A stretch of DNA of 64,000 nt from Octopus sinensis. Taxonomy: Eukaryota. Positions 52,348-64,000 of this stretch are shown in pieces. Below the pieces are notes generated by a model. It saw only the letters and a list, made by a program, of their open reading frames with translations. It had not been told where the DNA came from and did not search any database. A program made the position numbers and the translations under genes. The stretch is from positions 60,338,464 through 60,402,463 of the forward strand of contig NC_043011.1 in assembly GCF_006345805.1 (NCBI RefSeq), given 5' to 3'. Numbering within the stretch: the stretch's first letter is position 1; each line of letters opens with the position of its first letter.

Positions 52348-53917
52348 CAATGGGATTCTTCAGTTTTTGCCTACTAAATACAGTCACAAGATTGGTTGAC
52401 CTGAGGCCATACAAGAAGACAGTTGCCTAAGGTGACAACACAATGGGACTCAACCTGAAACCATGTGGTTATGTGGCAAACTTCTTAACTGTACAGACTT
52501 GCCTGATCCTAACAAAAAAGTACAATCAACCATTCTAATCATGAAATTTGATTGCTCATGAGATTATAATTGATATTTTTTTTATTTCTAAATATCTAAT
52601 TTATCTTTATGTAAAAATAATGACAAACTCATAGAATATTCATATATTATTTGACACACTGTATATCTTGGCAAGATATACATTATCTTGGCATTTATTA
52701 CCATGAACTTTTTAGCATCTGTTTCTCAATTCCATTATACTGTGTCAGACAGAAATATGTGCCCATTAAAAGTGTGAGTGTGTGTGTGTGTGTGCACGTG
52801 CACATGCGTGCATGCGTGTGTATGTGTGAGAGAATTTATATACTACTCAAGTAAATCATCAGAAGCTGGTAAAGTCATTCAGTCTTAAACTGCTCAATCA
52901 GTTAACTGCATGCAGTGCTCTTAAAACTTGTGATTTCTGGCCAGTCAAACTCCATTTGAAGTCATCTATACTACTTATGAAATATTGGGACAATGCCATG
53001 ACTATTTTCAAGCATACTTTCTTGATCTATATTACCAAAAGTACATCATTAACAGGAATTTTAAATCAGATCTTAATTTTAATCAATACATTATACAAAC
53101 TTTTCAAAATTCTTATGCATGCATAATGTTCCTGTTGTTACCTGCACTAATTCATTAATTAAATATTCACCAGAGCCAATCGTATATTCAGCATATAATC
53201 AATGTGTATAGATTTCTGAACACCATAATCTATACATTTCAATTACTGACATGTTGTTATAGATTAAATTTACTCATTTCCATCCTGATTAATATTCGGA
53301 GATCTTCAACTTTCTTCAACATCAGTCAATAGAGAAACCTCAATAGTTTTTCCATTTTCTTTTTTTATTATCTTGGGCAAAGTCCAGGGCCTATACTTTT
53401 AACAAGGCTACCAATGAAAGGGAGGAAAGTAAGGAGATGTCATTAAACTGGCCTGAATGCTTGCAACACAGTAGAATCTATCAAAAATCACCCAAAGTAT
53501 GGTTTAACCTAATGGAAACAGCAACAAAATCTCCCTCGTATCACACCTTAGAATCTTGAATAAACAAACTGGAAGCATATACTGGATAATTAAGTCCTTC
53601 CTATGCACTAAATCTAATAAAAAAAAACAACAAAAAATGACAGAGTGGTTGCAACTAGAATGTCTTTGATCTGCTCAATCAGGGCTGAATTGTTGTTAAA
53701 CAGCAAAAAGTAACAACCATCATCAACAAGTGAAGTTCGTGATCTGACATTCTGACTCTGACACTTCAATCTGCAATAAATGACATGAATAAACTAAACT
53801 TTTCCTGCCTACAGCTGACTTTACAATCATTAATATTATATATTGCAACTTAATATGTAAAATACTGGTTTCCAACTGGATAAAATGTCCACATAAAAAG
53901 CATAATAGGGTGATTAA

Positions 53918-54127
53918 CCTTTTAACTACCATATTTCTTTTGAAATACACAGCCTTTGTTTTAAATAATTTTGAAAATAAAGAATAATTTAATAAAATAT
54001 TAAGCTAAAGTTAGGAAATTAAATTAACATGAAAATTTAATTGAAGTTTTTAACTTAGATCACATTAAAAACAAGACTTTGATCATAGAAACATGGAGTA
54101 GTCTCAATCAGATTGGTAGCAAAAGGG
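53918..54127. mobile_element. piggyBac-type MITE
   Basis: TTAA at 53914-53917 and 54128-54131; imperfect TIR ccttttaactacca / tggtagcaaaaggg. Confidence 0.75.
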
Positions 54128-54247
54128 TTAAACTACACACAAACGTTAGCAGCAGGAAGGGTGCTTGTCAGTGAAAACCCATATTTGTAATCTTTCAATG
54201 TTTCAACAACCTTTACTTGAAAAACAAAAGTAAACTGTTTTTGCATT

Positions 54248-54373
54248 TAATGGACCGAACTGAACCATAACTAATCTGCACATCTTCTGATAACTTACGG
54301 AGGGTGATTCAACGATTTCTCCTCACAGCTGCATGCACATCTGCAATGTTTTTCTCAGTTCTACTAGTTGTGG
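54248..54373 (-). mobile_element. Mariner transposase fragment
   Basis: Reverse complement of 55272-55397, with 8 mismatches in 126 nt by my count. Confidence 0.85.
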
Positions 54374-54676
54374 TCTTTCAGTTAGAAGAAAGTCCAGTGC
54401 CTATACTCTTAACAGGGCCTCCAAGACTTGTGGAAGGGAGGGTAAAAGATTTTTTTAAAAAATGGAAAAAGTATCAAGGCTTCTCTATTGAGTGATATTG
54501 AAGATGGTCGTTGACAGTTGTTACATCTCCAAATATATGTAAAATGTAGAAATTATTAAAATGTCCGCAATGTACTACACTTGAAAAAACACAACTATAA
54601 TGCTGCTAGGTTGACTTAGAGTTAAACAGACACAGAACTAAATAATTTTTTAAAAAATTACTCCACTCCAATACTA

Positions 54677-54869
54677 TCTTCTTTGACACCTACCTGCACG
54701 AAACTGCACCTGATGCTCTGATACAAACTCTCTTAATTAAAACCTCTCATCAGAATTTCATGCCAATTTATGCTTCCAACACCTGCTTAATAATACCCAA
54801 GTTATTTTAATAGGTTCTGCATTATTTTCAAAATTAAAACAAAGACAATGTATTTCAACAGATAAAGGG
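54677..54869. mobile_element. Old piggyBac-type MITE related to 9855-10074
   Basis: Right end ataaaggg-TTAA; internal aatttatgcttccaacacctgcttaataatacccaagttatttt resembles the 9855 element; left TIR decayed. Confidence 0.55.
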
Positions 54870-54915
54870 TTAAATACAAAGAAGTGTTATGCTGGGTAAT
54901 GTACCCTTAGATATA

Positions 54916-55795
54916 TGAGGTCTCATCAATAAGTATCTGGACTGTTGCCATAGTAATGAAGCTAAAACATGCAGAGTGAAGCTGCTTGGCAAAGATTGAC
55001 CAGGAACTCTGCTGTGCCTGCACACTAAGTTTTAATGCTCTAGCTCACTTCTGCTGTTTACAGCAGTGCTTGCAAGGAAGGTGTGTAGCATGTAATCATC
55101 ACATTGATCATAACAGAGAAAGTTGTCATGGTGATACTTGCTGAGAGGCCAAAGCAAAGTTGCAGAAAATGTATGGAGAGAAATATATGAGCCACACACA
55201 AGTGTACGAGTGGTTCTGATGTTTCCAAGATGGCCAAAAAAATGTCGATATTAATGAATGTTTGGGGATACCCACAACCAGTAGAACTGAGAAAAACATC
55301 GCAAATGTGCATGCTGCTGTGGGGAGAAATCATTGAATCACCATCCGTAAGTTATCAGAGGATGTGCAGATTAGTTATGGTTCAGTTCGGTCCATTATCA
55401 CTGAAGATTTGGGTATGAGATGTCTGCAAAGTTTGTGCCAAAACTGGTTTCAGTTAAGCAAAAGACACTCGGGCTTCAGTTGCACAAGACCTCCTTGATT
55501 GTGTTGAGAACAATGAAAACTTTTTGAAATCTTTGTGTAAGCCTCTGAGCAGGTATCGCCAAGCTTTTGTTGCAGATTCTCTGCTCAACTTTCTCTGTCA
55601 TGGCCAGTGTGATGATCACATACTACACACCTTCCTTCCAAGCACTGCTGTAAAGAGTAGAAGTGAGCTAGAATGTTAAAACTTAGTGTGCATGCCCAGC
55701 AGAGTTCAAGGTGAATCTGTGTCAAGCAGCTTCAATCTGTGTGTTTTAGCTTCGTTACTATGGCAACAGTCCGGATAGTTACTGATCAGACCACG
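54916..55795 (+). mobile_element. Non-autonomous mariner derivative with ~250-bp TIRs
   Basis: TA TSDs (54914-54915, 55796-55797); arms 54916-55159 and 55531-55795. The interior encodes LQKMYGE...QVYEWF*CFQDG...ITIRKLSEDVQISYGSVRSIITEDLGMR..SAKFVPKL (mariner HTH region). The catalytic domain is absent. Confidence 0.9.
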
Positions 55796-57400
55796 TACTA
55801 TGTCCAAAAAGAAGAGATAGTCATGACTGGAATGGCTTTGAAAAAAAAAATTCTGCTGGATTGGAATTAGTTAGGGCCAAACAACAAAATCAACCATCTC
55901 ATAATTATGAGAATTATCAGGACTATTACAATCTGAGATGCTGAGAAGTTTAATAATTAGATCCATTGACATTTGTTATCATAAGTACATAAGGTAACCA
56001 TTTTCTTAGTAATCTCTATAAGAACCTTACTAACTTCCAAAAAGTTTTAATTCATTAATGAGCTTTTATATAAACTGGACAGTACTGACAAATATTATTA
56101 TATTCTTTCCCACACTGAAAGTAACAAGAAAGATAGATTCCAGTTGGAAATTAATAGATTTGAATATTTTATTGCCGTAATAAGATTTCAGAAACATTCC
56201 AAAAGACTCCCAGATGTGACCAAATTTATTGGTTTTCGTTTAATGTCACATTTACCCAGCTTTGAATACATGCTAAACCTACAAGTTAATAGATTATCAT
56301 TTTAACAGTGATGATGATAAATGGTACGAAGAGCTTTTCCATATTCCTCAAGCAAATTCTGAAAATGAATAGCGCTCAGAAAAGGATTACAATTCTTAGA
56401 TTTCAGAAGTAATTGCAAATGAACAATAACTTGACAGAGTGGATTTAAGTAATTTCTAAATAACTGACCAATGTTTAAGAATTAAATTTTCGAAAATTCT
56501 CTAATGGTATTGTGCATTATTAATTTCACCACTATTTCTATTCAGATCAATATTTAGTAATATAGATAAATGGTCTTTCACAGATAATTTAGCTTCCCCT
56601 TTAGCTCACATTAACTCAAACTACCTCATTAGATTTGGAGCAACATTTAGTTTTACAAATGAAACAAGATTGATACAAATGAAGATGCATTGTATTGGCA
56701 TGGCAAAATCACAGCTGCCGGCACCAATAATGCTAATAATGACAATGATGCAGTTTTAAACTGTTTTTCTGATTCTGGTCCAAAGGATACCCATTGCCAT
56801 TTCAACATGCACAAGGCAGATCTACTATGGAATTGCCAAAAGTGTTACAACAATTTGGATCCCTTACAAATTATTTAGTTTCTATTTTTGTTTAATTGAA
56901 GGTCAAATTATTTTTCTTTTCCCCATTCTTAAATCAATATCATAACCAATAACGTCTTCTGGCAAAGTGACAAACTCGCACTTTAGAGTACTTTTTATTT
57001 TATCAATTCCCACCTTTGTTTACAAGTTTTTAAAATCCTCTCAAAGAAACTGAGCAAAATCTCTTAATTCCTATACCATATTTTCCCCTTTGTTATTATT
57101 CAACAGAAATATTTTCTTCAAATGGTTCTTCATCAGAAAAACCAAGTAGTTATTGTCTGAAGAACTTGATCAAACTATTGAAAGTATTTAAAAGAAAAAG
57201 ATTAAATCTTTAGAAATCTATAAATATTTTATTATTTTTAGATCTTGACCTCAATGATTATTCCAGGAAATAGAAAGGAAATAGAATTCTTCACTAAATC
57301 ACATTTTGAACATTAAACGCTTGGTATTCAGAGCACAGAAATGTAAGCCCAATGTGAGACATAAAGTCTCAATAGTTAACCGTACAAAACTGCAAACTGG

Positions 57401-57433
57401 ACTTACCTAATGCAAAAGGGAGGATGAAGTTAA
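57401..57433 (-). promoter_or_regulatory. Candidate juxtaposed 3'/5' splice site (branch point, pyrimidine tract, TAG|GTAAGT)
   Basis: The minus strand reads aaTTAACttcatcctcccttttgcatTAG|GTAAGT, with the putative branch A at -24 and no other AG in the ~80 nt upstream. No transcript evidence. Confidence 0.3.
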
Positions 57434-58799
57434 TTCCGGTTGCAAATGAAGACCAAATTTGCATATTATAAAATAGGTTTATGGATTAAGCTTGAACAGT
57501 ATAAGTGGGCAGATATGTGCACGTGCACAAACATACAGTTTGATGCAATCAAACTCTAATGCATGCACAGAATCACTTAATATCATTATCTGAAAACTAT
57601 GCAAAAAATGTAAAGCAAAATATAAATAGTCGTGATCAGTCCTGAAGTTTCAATAAACTGATATTATTTCAAAGTTTGCATCTATAAATCTTGCTAAATA
57701 AACGAAATAGTTATATCCATATGGATATCATATGGAGTCCTATCCATATGGGTATGGATTTAATCTTACTGTTTAATTAGACTCTATGAGGATCTTTTGA
57801 GCAACTTTGGAAAGGAGTGGCACCACCTGGTTTTGTTTACATTTAACAGTTTGTGACAACTCTCTTTCCCAATCTTTCATGGATATAAACTAATTAAAAT
57901 GCAAACAAAACTTTTGATGAACATAACTCATTTACATAATGGTACAAAGTGATTTATTTATATACCATACTGGACAATTCATGCTTGCATATTAAGGTGC
58001 AGGCATGGCTATGAAAGTATAGGCATAGCTGTGGAGGTACAGGCGTGGCAGTGTGGTAAGAAGTTTCGTTCCCAATCACATGGTTGTGGGTTCAGGTCCA
58101 CTGGGTGGCACCTTGGGCAAGTATCTTTGACTATAGCCTAAAATCGTTAAACAAAGTCTTGTGAGTGGATTTGGTAAACAGAAAGTGAATGGTACTCATC
58201 ATGTATTTGTGTTTGTGTATGTGGGGGGGTGTATGCATTTGTGTATCCTTATATTGGCAATGTATGATAGTTGTAAATGATTGTCCCCTTCATACACATA
58301 GTGTTGTTGGTTTCCAATCTTCTATTAAAACATAGCAGGCTATAAGAAATAGGAAATATTGCCTTGCTTTGAAAAAATAGATTAGCAACAGGAAGGACAT
58401 CTGGCCACAGAAAATCTGCTTCAATAAACTGTCTGCCCATGCAAACACTTAAAGTGGATGTTAAAATGGATGCTGATATTAAACATATTGGCTTAAGTAG
58501 GATTTGTTAGAGCAAAATCTTCATAACTGAACATGTGTTTTAACAGTGAAGATAATATCTATTCTTAGTTTTCTCTCATCACTACTTTCATTTCATCCCA
58601 CTTTTGTAATTTGTAAAGAAAACCAAATGTTAGGTTAAATGGGGCAAGTGGAATTGTCTCAATGTGCGACAATAAGCCAATAAACCTATGAATATTGAGT
58701 CAAGTAACAGTAGCTCAAACACTTAAGCAACTTATTTATATCTTAGTAGCCTAAGTATTCATAAAATAAAGTGATAAATTCATATATCTAACACAAGTA

Positions 58800-59350
58800 T
58801 AGGTTACACCAGATATTTGTAAACAAATTTTACAGGCCATACATAAATGGAAGAAGATCTAACATAATGTTATGTGCCAAATTTTGACTTTCTCATTTGT
58901 TCTGAGACATACTGACAACATTAATATGGCAGATTCCAATGGAACACAGGAAGTGAAAAGGCATCAAATGTTTGTGGTTGTAGCCACTAACTGTAGTGAC
59001 ATGGAGGTTGCCAGTTTCTTGAACATAGCTGAATTCTTCTTGTTCAAGTTCAGGCAAGAGTTGAAGGCCTCTCTTGGGGATATATCATCCATGGGCAGGA
59101 AAAAGAAAGAGTCTCAGAAGACAGACGTTGTCAGACAGTGGAGTTCATCTAACAGCCCTATTACATCATCAATGACTCCTGATGTCCTCAGTGGGTCAAT
59201 GATGACTATTTCTGGGCAGCTTTCTGTTTCTGCTTTAAATATGGATGTGTGGAGCAAGTTTTACATAATGAGGAAACACACAAAAGTCGATTCTGGAGCA
59301 TTGTCAAGAGAGCATAACTCCACAATGTCTCGAACTTATAGGGTCTAATG
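58800..59350 (+). mobile_element. Second, diverged maT-like transposon remnant (5' part)
   Basis: TA followed by taggttacaccagatatttgtaaaca resembles the 9344 TIR. TQEVKRHQMFVVV...SDMEVASFLNIA...GDISSMGRKKKES...DVVR aligns with the N-terminus of the 9417 ORF. The right end was not found. Confidence 0.75.
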
Positions 59351-62300
59351 TTGTGGGCTTTATGTGTGGCCTGGATTGGTCTTACTGATCCTGGCATACA
59401 ATTACTTCAGTAATCACACAGAGGTTGTTGATGGGGTTAAGAGCAATGTGTTCCATGGTCTGTTTTCTTGTTCTTTGAGGTATCTAGTAATGTGGTGTGT
59501 TTCTTTGGTGTATTTAATATTAATTGCAGTGTGTTGTTTTACTGGTAATAAATTTTGTTTATATTTTTGTTTGATGTTCTTGTTTATCTTTGTTTTGTTT
59601 TGTTGTCTAGTATATTCTGTATAACAGATGCCACTGAACAACAATTATAACTGATTATTTTGTATTTCTTACTTTTTTCTTATCTCAGAAAATTTTATTT
59701 AGGGACATAGTAATTATAAATATTCATGGGAATGTCTTTAAAACCAAATACTTTTCTTGTTAGTAACTGAAATATTGAAATTTGTAAAACAAACAGCAAA
59801 AAATGGTATTGCTTCTAATATCAAAATACTATTCTAATACCATCATAACCATACTAATAAGTAAGCCAATAACTTCTATCACATTGTCAAATGCAACATG
59901 GAGAAGAGATTTAATTGAAAACAAGTTTATATTTCATATTAAAATTCAGTTTCATTTTGAATCTATTATATTTCAGATGATAAATTGGAAAGCAAATATG
60001 TTGGATCCATATTTAAAGCAGAAACAGAAAATGGATATAAAAACCATTTCTAATAAACAACTAAAATTAAAGATTGGATATCATAAAAAGGATAAAAAAA
60101 GGCCATGTCTTCCAAGGCATATTCTTCTACAGATATTTAATGGATATTTAAAATCGGTTTTATAACAATTTCATTTAGATATTGTGTGTTATTTAATTTT
60201 TTTTTAACTTTTCAGATCAATAAACACTAGTAAAGAAATGTGGGTGTAATCAAAAGATAGTGCTGCATATATTGAATACAGAGTGTTCAGAGCAGTTTGT
60301 TATTTAGAAATTTGAAATATTTCTCCTATTGCATGATTAATTTTTAATTGGTAGTAATCAGTTAGTTAGTTAATTATGAGACAGTAATGATTATAGTTTA
60401 TTTGGAAAACAAAATGGTGGAATTGATTAAAGTGATAACTTGTGCAGGAAAGATCGCACAGTAAAACATGAATTTACATAATTTTATCAAGTACAGTGTT
60501 ATAAGTGGCACCATCAACATCATAATTCATTAACCTCTCTGTAGATTACTGAATCTATTTATTTTTATTAAGTTAAAATCAATAATTATACACTTGGTAA
60601 ATAAAACTACGTGAGCTAAAGACTGAACCGTAGAAGGGAAGAATATAGATGTTCAAATATATTTTCTTTGAAACCAGCCAGCCTATCACTGACCTCGGTT
60701 TTATGATTGATACTAACTTCCTGCTTTAAAGTGATCTAAATTAAAACTGTCCATCAAAATTCCATGTTTAATTATGTTTCAAACACCAGCAAAAATAATG
60801 ACAAATTATTTTCCTAAATTCTTCATTGCCTTCAAAATTAACTGAAATATAGACAGAGATACAAAATCCCTGTTTTAAATTGTTCATATTTAAATTAAAA
60901 CCTTTTAATCATAATCATATGCTAGAACCTTCTAAACTGCAGCTTAATCCTTTCTACTGGAAGCACAAATTTGGGGGAAGGGATTATGTTAATTACATCG
61001 ACCCCAGTGCATAACTGGTACTTATTTAATCGACCCCAAAGGATGACAGGTAAAGTCAACCGTGGTGGAATTTGATCTCAGAACATAGCAGCAGATGAAA
61101 TACCGCCAAGCATTTCACCTGGCATGTTAATCATTCTGTGTTACACTGAATCTCCCTGACAACTACATTAAGGTTGCACGTGTCTGTGAAGTGCTCAGCC
61201 ATATGCATGTTAATTTCTCGAGCAGGCTGTTCCATTGATTGGATCGACTGGAACTCTCAACGCTGTAACTAACAGAGAGAATTGTATGTTGTTGTCATCC
61301 TAAGGATTTATAAGCTTCAAAAGAACAGGAACTCTGTTTTTGGAATTTAAGGCCTGCTTATGGGATTCGAACTCACACAGCTATTAAACATAACAGGCAT
61401 TGTACCAGGCAACGACAAAACATTGTATGTAAGTAATAACGATTTCAAATTTTGGCATATGGCCAGTAAATTTGAGGCGGGATGGATGGGGTGGGGGTGA
61501 AAGTTAGTTGATTGTATTGACCCAACTGTTTAACTGGTACTTATTTTATCAACCCTGAAAGGAGGACAGGCAAAGTTGACCTCAGAAGAATTTGAACTCA
61601 TCAGGTGAAGATAGACAAAATGCTGCTAAGCATATGTGCAACAGGATGAATGGATACTAAACAGTTGAAAATATTGTGTTTAAGTAAAATAAAAAGAATG
61701 GTTTACAGTTAAAACTGTTTTTCCATCAATACTAATAAAAACTCTTGTCACAAATATTCTAATTCACAATCATTTTCAAGTAATTCCATCCATTACAATT
61801 AGGCAATGTATTTAAAAAGCATTGCTCACATCCACTAATACAATATATTATAGTATACTTCCTCTAAGCACCAAACACACACACACACACACACACATAC
61901 ACACATTAAAAATGACTGACAAAAGAACAGGAGTCATGTTATCACTTATTAGCTTACAGCTTTTTCTGTTATAAGGAACTGTGCACCCAGAGTGCCAGTG
62001 TGACATCTTAAAGCCCCTGTAAAGCCATCTGAATGAAGAATTTTATTTCATAGCGGAAAACATTTAAATATAAGTTGGGCATATGTATACTTACACATGT
62101 GTGTACACATATAAAAACTATAAATTCACACACACACATAGTTACATATACATAAACACATACTGGTGCCAATATGACTTATTAAGAATAATAAATATAT
62201 AAATGAAAAATCTTCTTTAATTGACATTGCTAAAAATATTCATGAAGTTGTTTTCATTTCTTTAGCAGAAAAGAACCAAACAAAGTAATGATGGTTTTGA

Positions 62301-64000
62301 GAAAAAACCACAGAAGTTAGAGGCAGAGGTTTGCATGTATATGTTATATACACATGTATGTATGCATGTATGTATAGATACTAATTCTCAGTGATTTATG
62401 TAAATCAGATAGATACATTATGTCTATATGATTAGAGAAACAAAATACAAAAAAAGTTATTGCCACAAATTTTATCACTCAAACATTAAAATTAGAAAAT
62501 AAAATAACACAGCCTTGCTTGATAGGCGACTGAATGATCTTAGTTATTATGAATATTAATATAGATTAACAAAGAAATAATGTGTAAAAGCATCTTTAGC
62601 TATAGACAATGAATTAATATAATGATACATTGATAATTGGACGATAGCAAGAAAACAAAAGCCTGAATACTAATACACTGGTAAAAGATTCTTTCCAATT
62701 AGTTATTTGATTTTATTCTAAGGAGCTAAAATCTAAGAATAGCTAAATTTGAAGATGAAACTATTTAAAGACAGTGATCAGAAATGGTTGAAAACTACTC
62801 TTAAAAACCAATACAACAAATATTTTTGATTGAACATCTTCAGTGATTGCATATCATTCTGAAAAATAACATTAGGAATGATAATGAAGTTGTGCATTAA
62901 TTGAAAGATACCATCCAGGTTTCTAAAATAAATAAATAAATCAGTTAAAAAAAATATGCAACAATTATGTGCTTTCATACATGAACTGAAGCTAGTTCCC
63001 AGAATTTGTTAAGGTATGCTGAACAATTATACATGGCCATCATGATGTCATCACACACACACACACACACACACACACTGACTTGATGACTAACGATTAT
63101 AAGTTACAAATTCAAAATGTGAAAATATTCTAAATAGGCAGCTGATCTAATAATGTTATTTAATTAGTTAAAAGTTACTTTTAAGGGATTGCATGTGTTT
63201 CTTACCTATAGTTTGAAGTGTCTCTTTGAGCTCTTTTCATCCTATAAAAGCTAACACCTTCATACGCTGTTTCAGAGAGCTTGACACAGTGGCATACATT
63301 AAAACCTTTTCAGCTTCCTATGTGAACAACTGATGGATGACAGCCTTGCTGTACCCTCATTCAACATTTTAATAACTTGGTTTCATTCTCACAACGAACA
63401 ACAACCAATGCCTGTTGAATAGGACAAACCTACAGTTATTAAAGTACACTTTTATATATGGACATCCTCAATGCAGTGACTTTCTTTATTCTTTCTGTCT
63501 TTCATTTAATTCAATATTAATCCTTGGAAATGTGATTCAGCTGTTGCTTTTTGATATATGTGCAACTGGTTGTGTGCTCTATGGAAGCAGTGTTCAAATA
63601 ATTTATGTAAGTGGATGTTTAGAGAGTATATTTATGATTTTCCTTTGGATTTGTTTCATCCAGTACCTGTTGCACCACTATCAGCAACCACATTTACAAT
63701 CACTTTAAAATTTCAGAATGGCTACTGTAACTGAAAAGGATCCTCTTGTTAGAAAGTCCTCCAAATTACCTGTTGTTGTTGTTGTTGCTGTTGTTTAGTC
63801 ATAGATAACCTGATAAAATATATATATGAGACATGGATATTTGGTTGGGAAAACAGATGTGATTCATAGGCTCGCTCTTTCAAATATTCCATACTTTTAC
63901 CCAGTGAAACACAGTAAGGTACTTTGAACCATGCCAAGTGTTTTATCACTGGTGAAGCATTTTTGTCTTTGGGGATTTTGTATACCACTGAGTTGAGTAG

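Noticed and set aside
56620-56830. Minus-strand ~60-codon hydrophobic frame after a tagtag acceptor
   Set aside because: Unrecognisable peptide with no donor or other support.
57995-58050. Triplicated ~20-nt SINE 5' start
   Set aside because: Most simply local slippage at a SINE head; no further structure.

Overview
AT-rich eukaryotic, repeat-dense, apparently non-coding DNA: part of a very long intron or an intergenic region. It is most likely from an octopus. This is inferred from the repeat landscape (tRNA/CORE-type SINEs, RTE-tailed repeats ending in (GAT)n, extreme TA/CA/AAT microsatellite density), not from a database search. I recognise no host protein-coding exon, rRNA, true tRNA or CRISPR array, and most six-frame ORFs are microsatellite or TE artefacts. 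All recognisable coding sequence is decayed transposon. It includes two different R4/Dong-like restriction-like-endonuclease retrotransposon 3' fragments, each inside a (TAA)n tract, plus RTE and CR1/L2 LINE fragments, two maT (DD37D-like) Tc1/mariner remnants and a mariner derivative with ~250-bp TIRs. Non-coding elements include piggyBac-, Tc1- and hAT-type MITEs, foldback elements and dozens of SINEs from about five families. The best leads are: (TAA)n-targeted retroelements and a chain of insertions in one AAT tract (21.9-23.2 kb); a degenerate minimal hammerhead ribozyme motif in a Penelope-LTR-like repeat (32.9 kb); a CpG-rich five-hairpin insert inside a (TA)n tract (39.2 kb); and a possible recursive splice site on the minus strand (57.4 kb). 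None is established as a new system from sequence alone. SINE/LINE boundaries are approximate unless a TSD or TIR is quoted.
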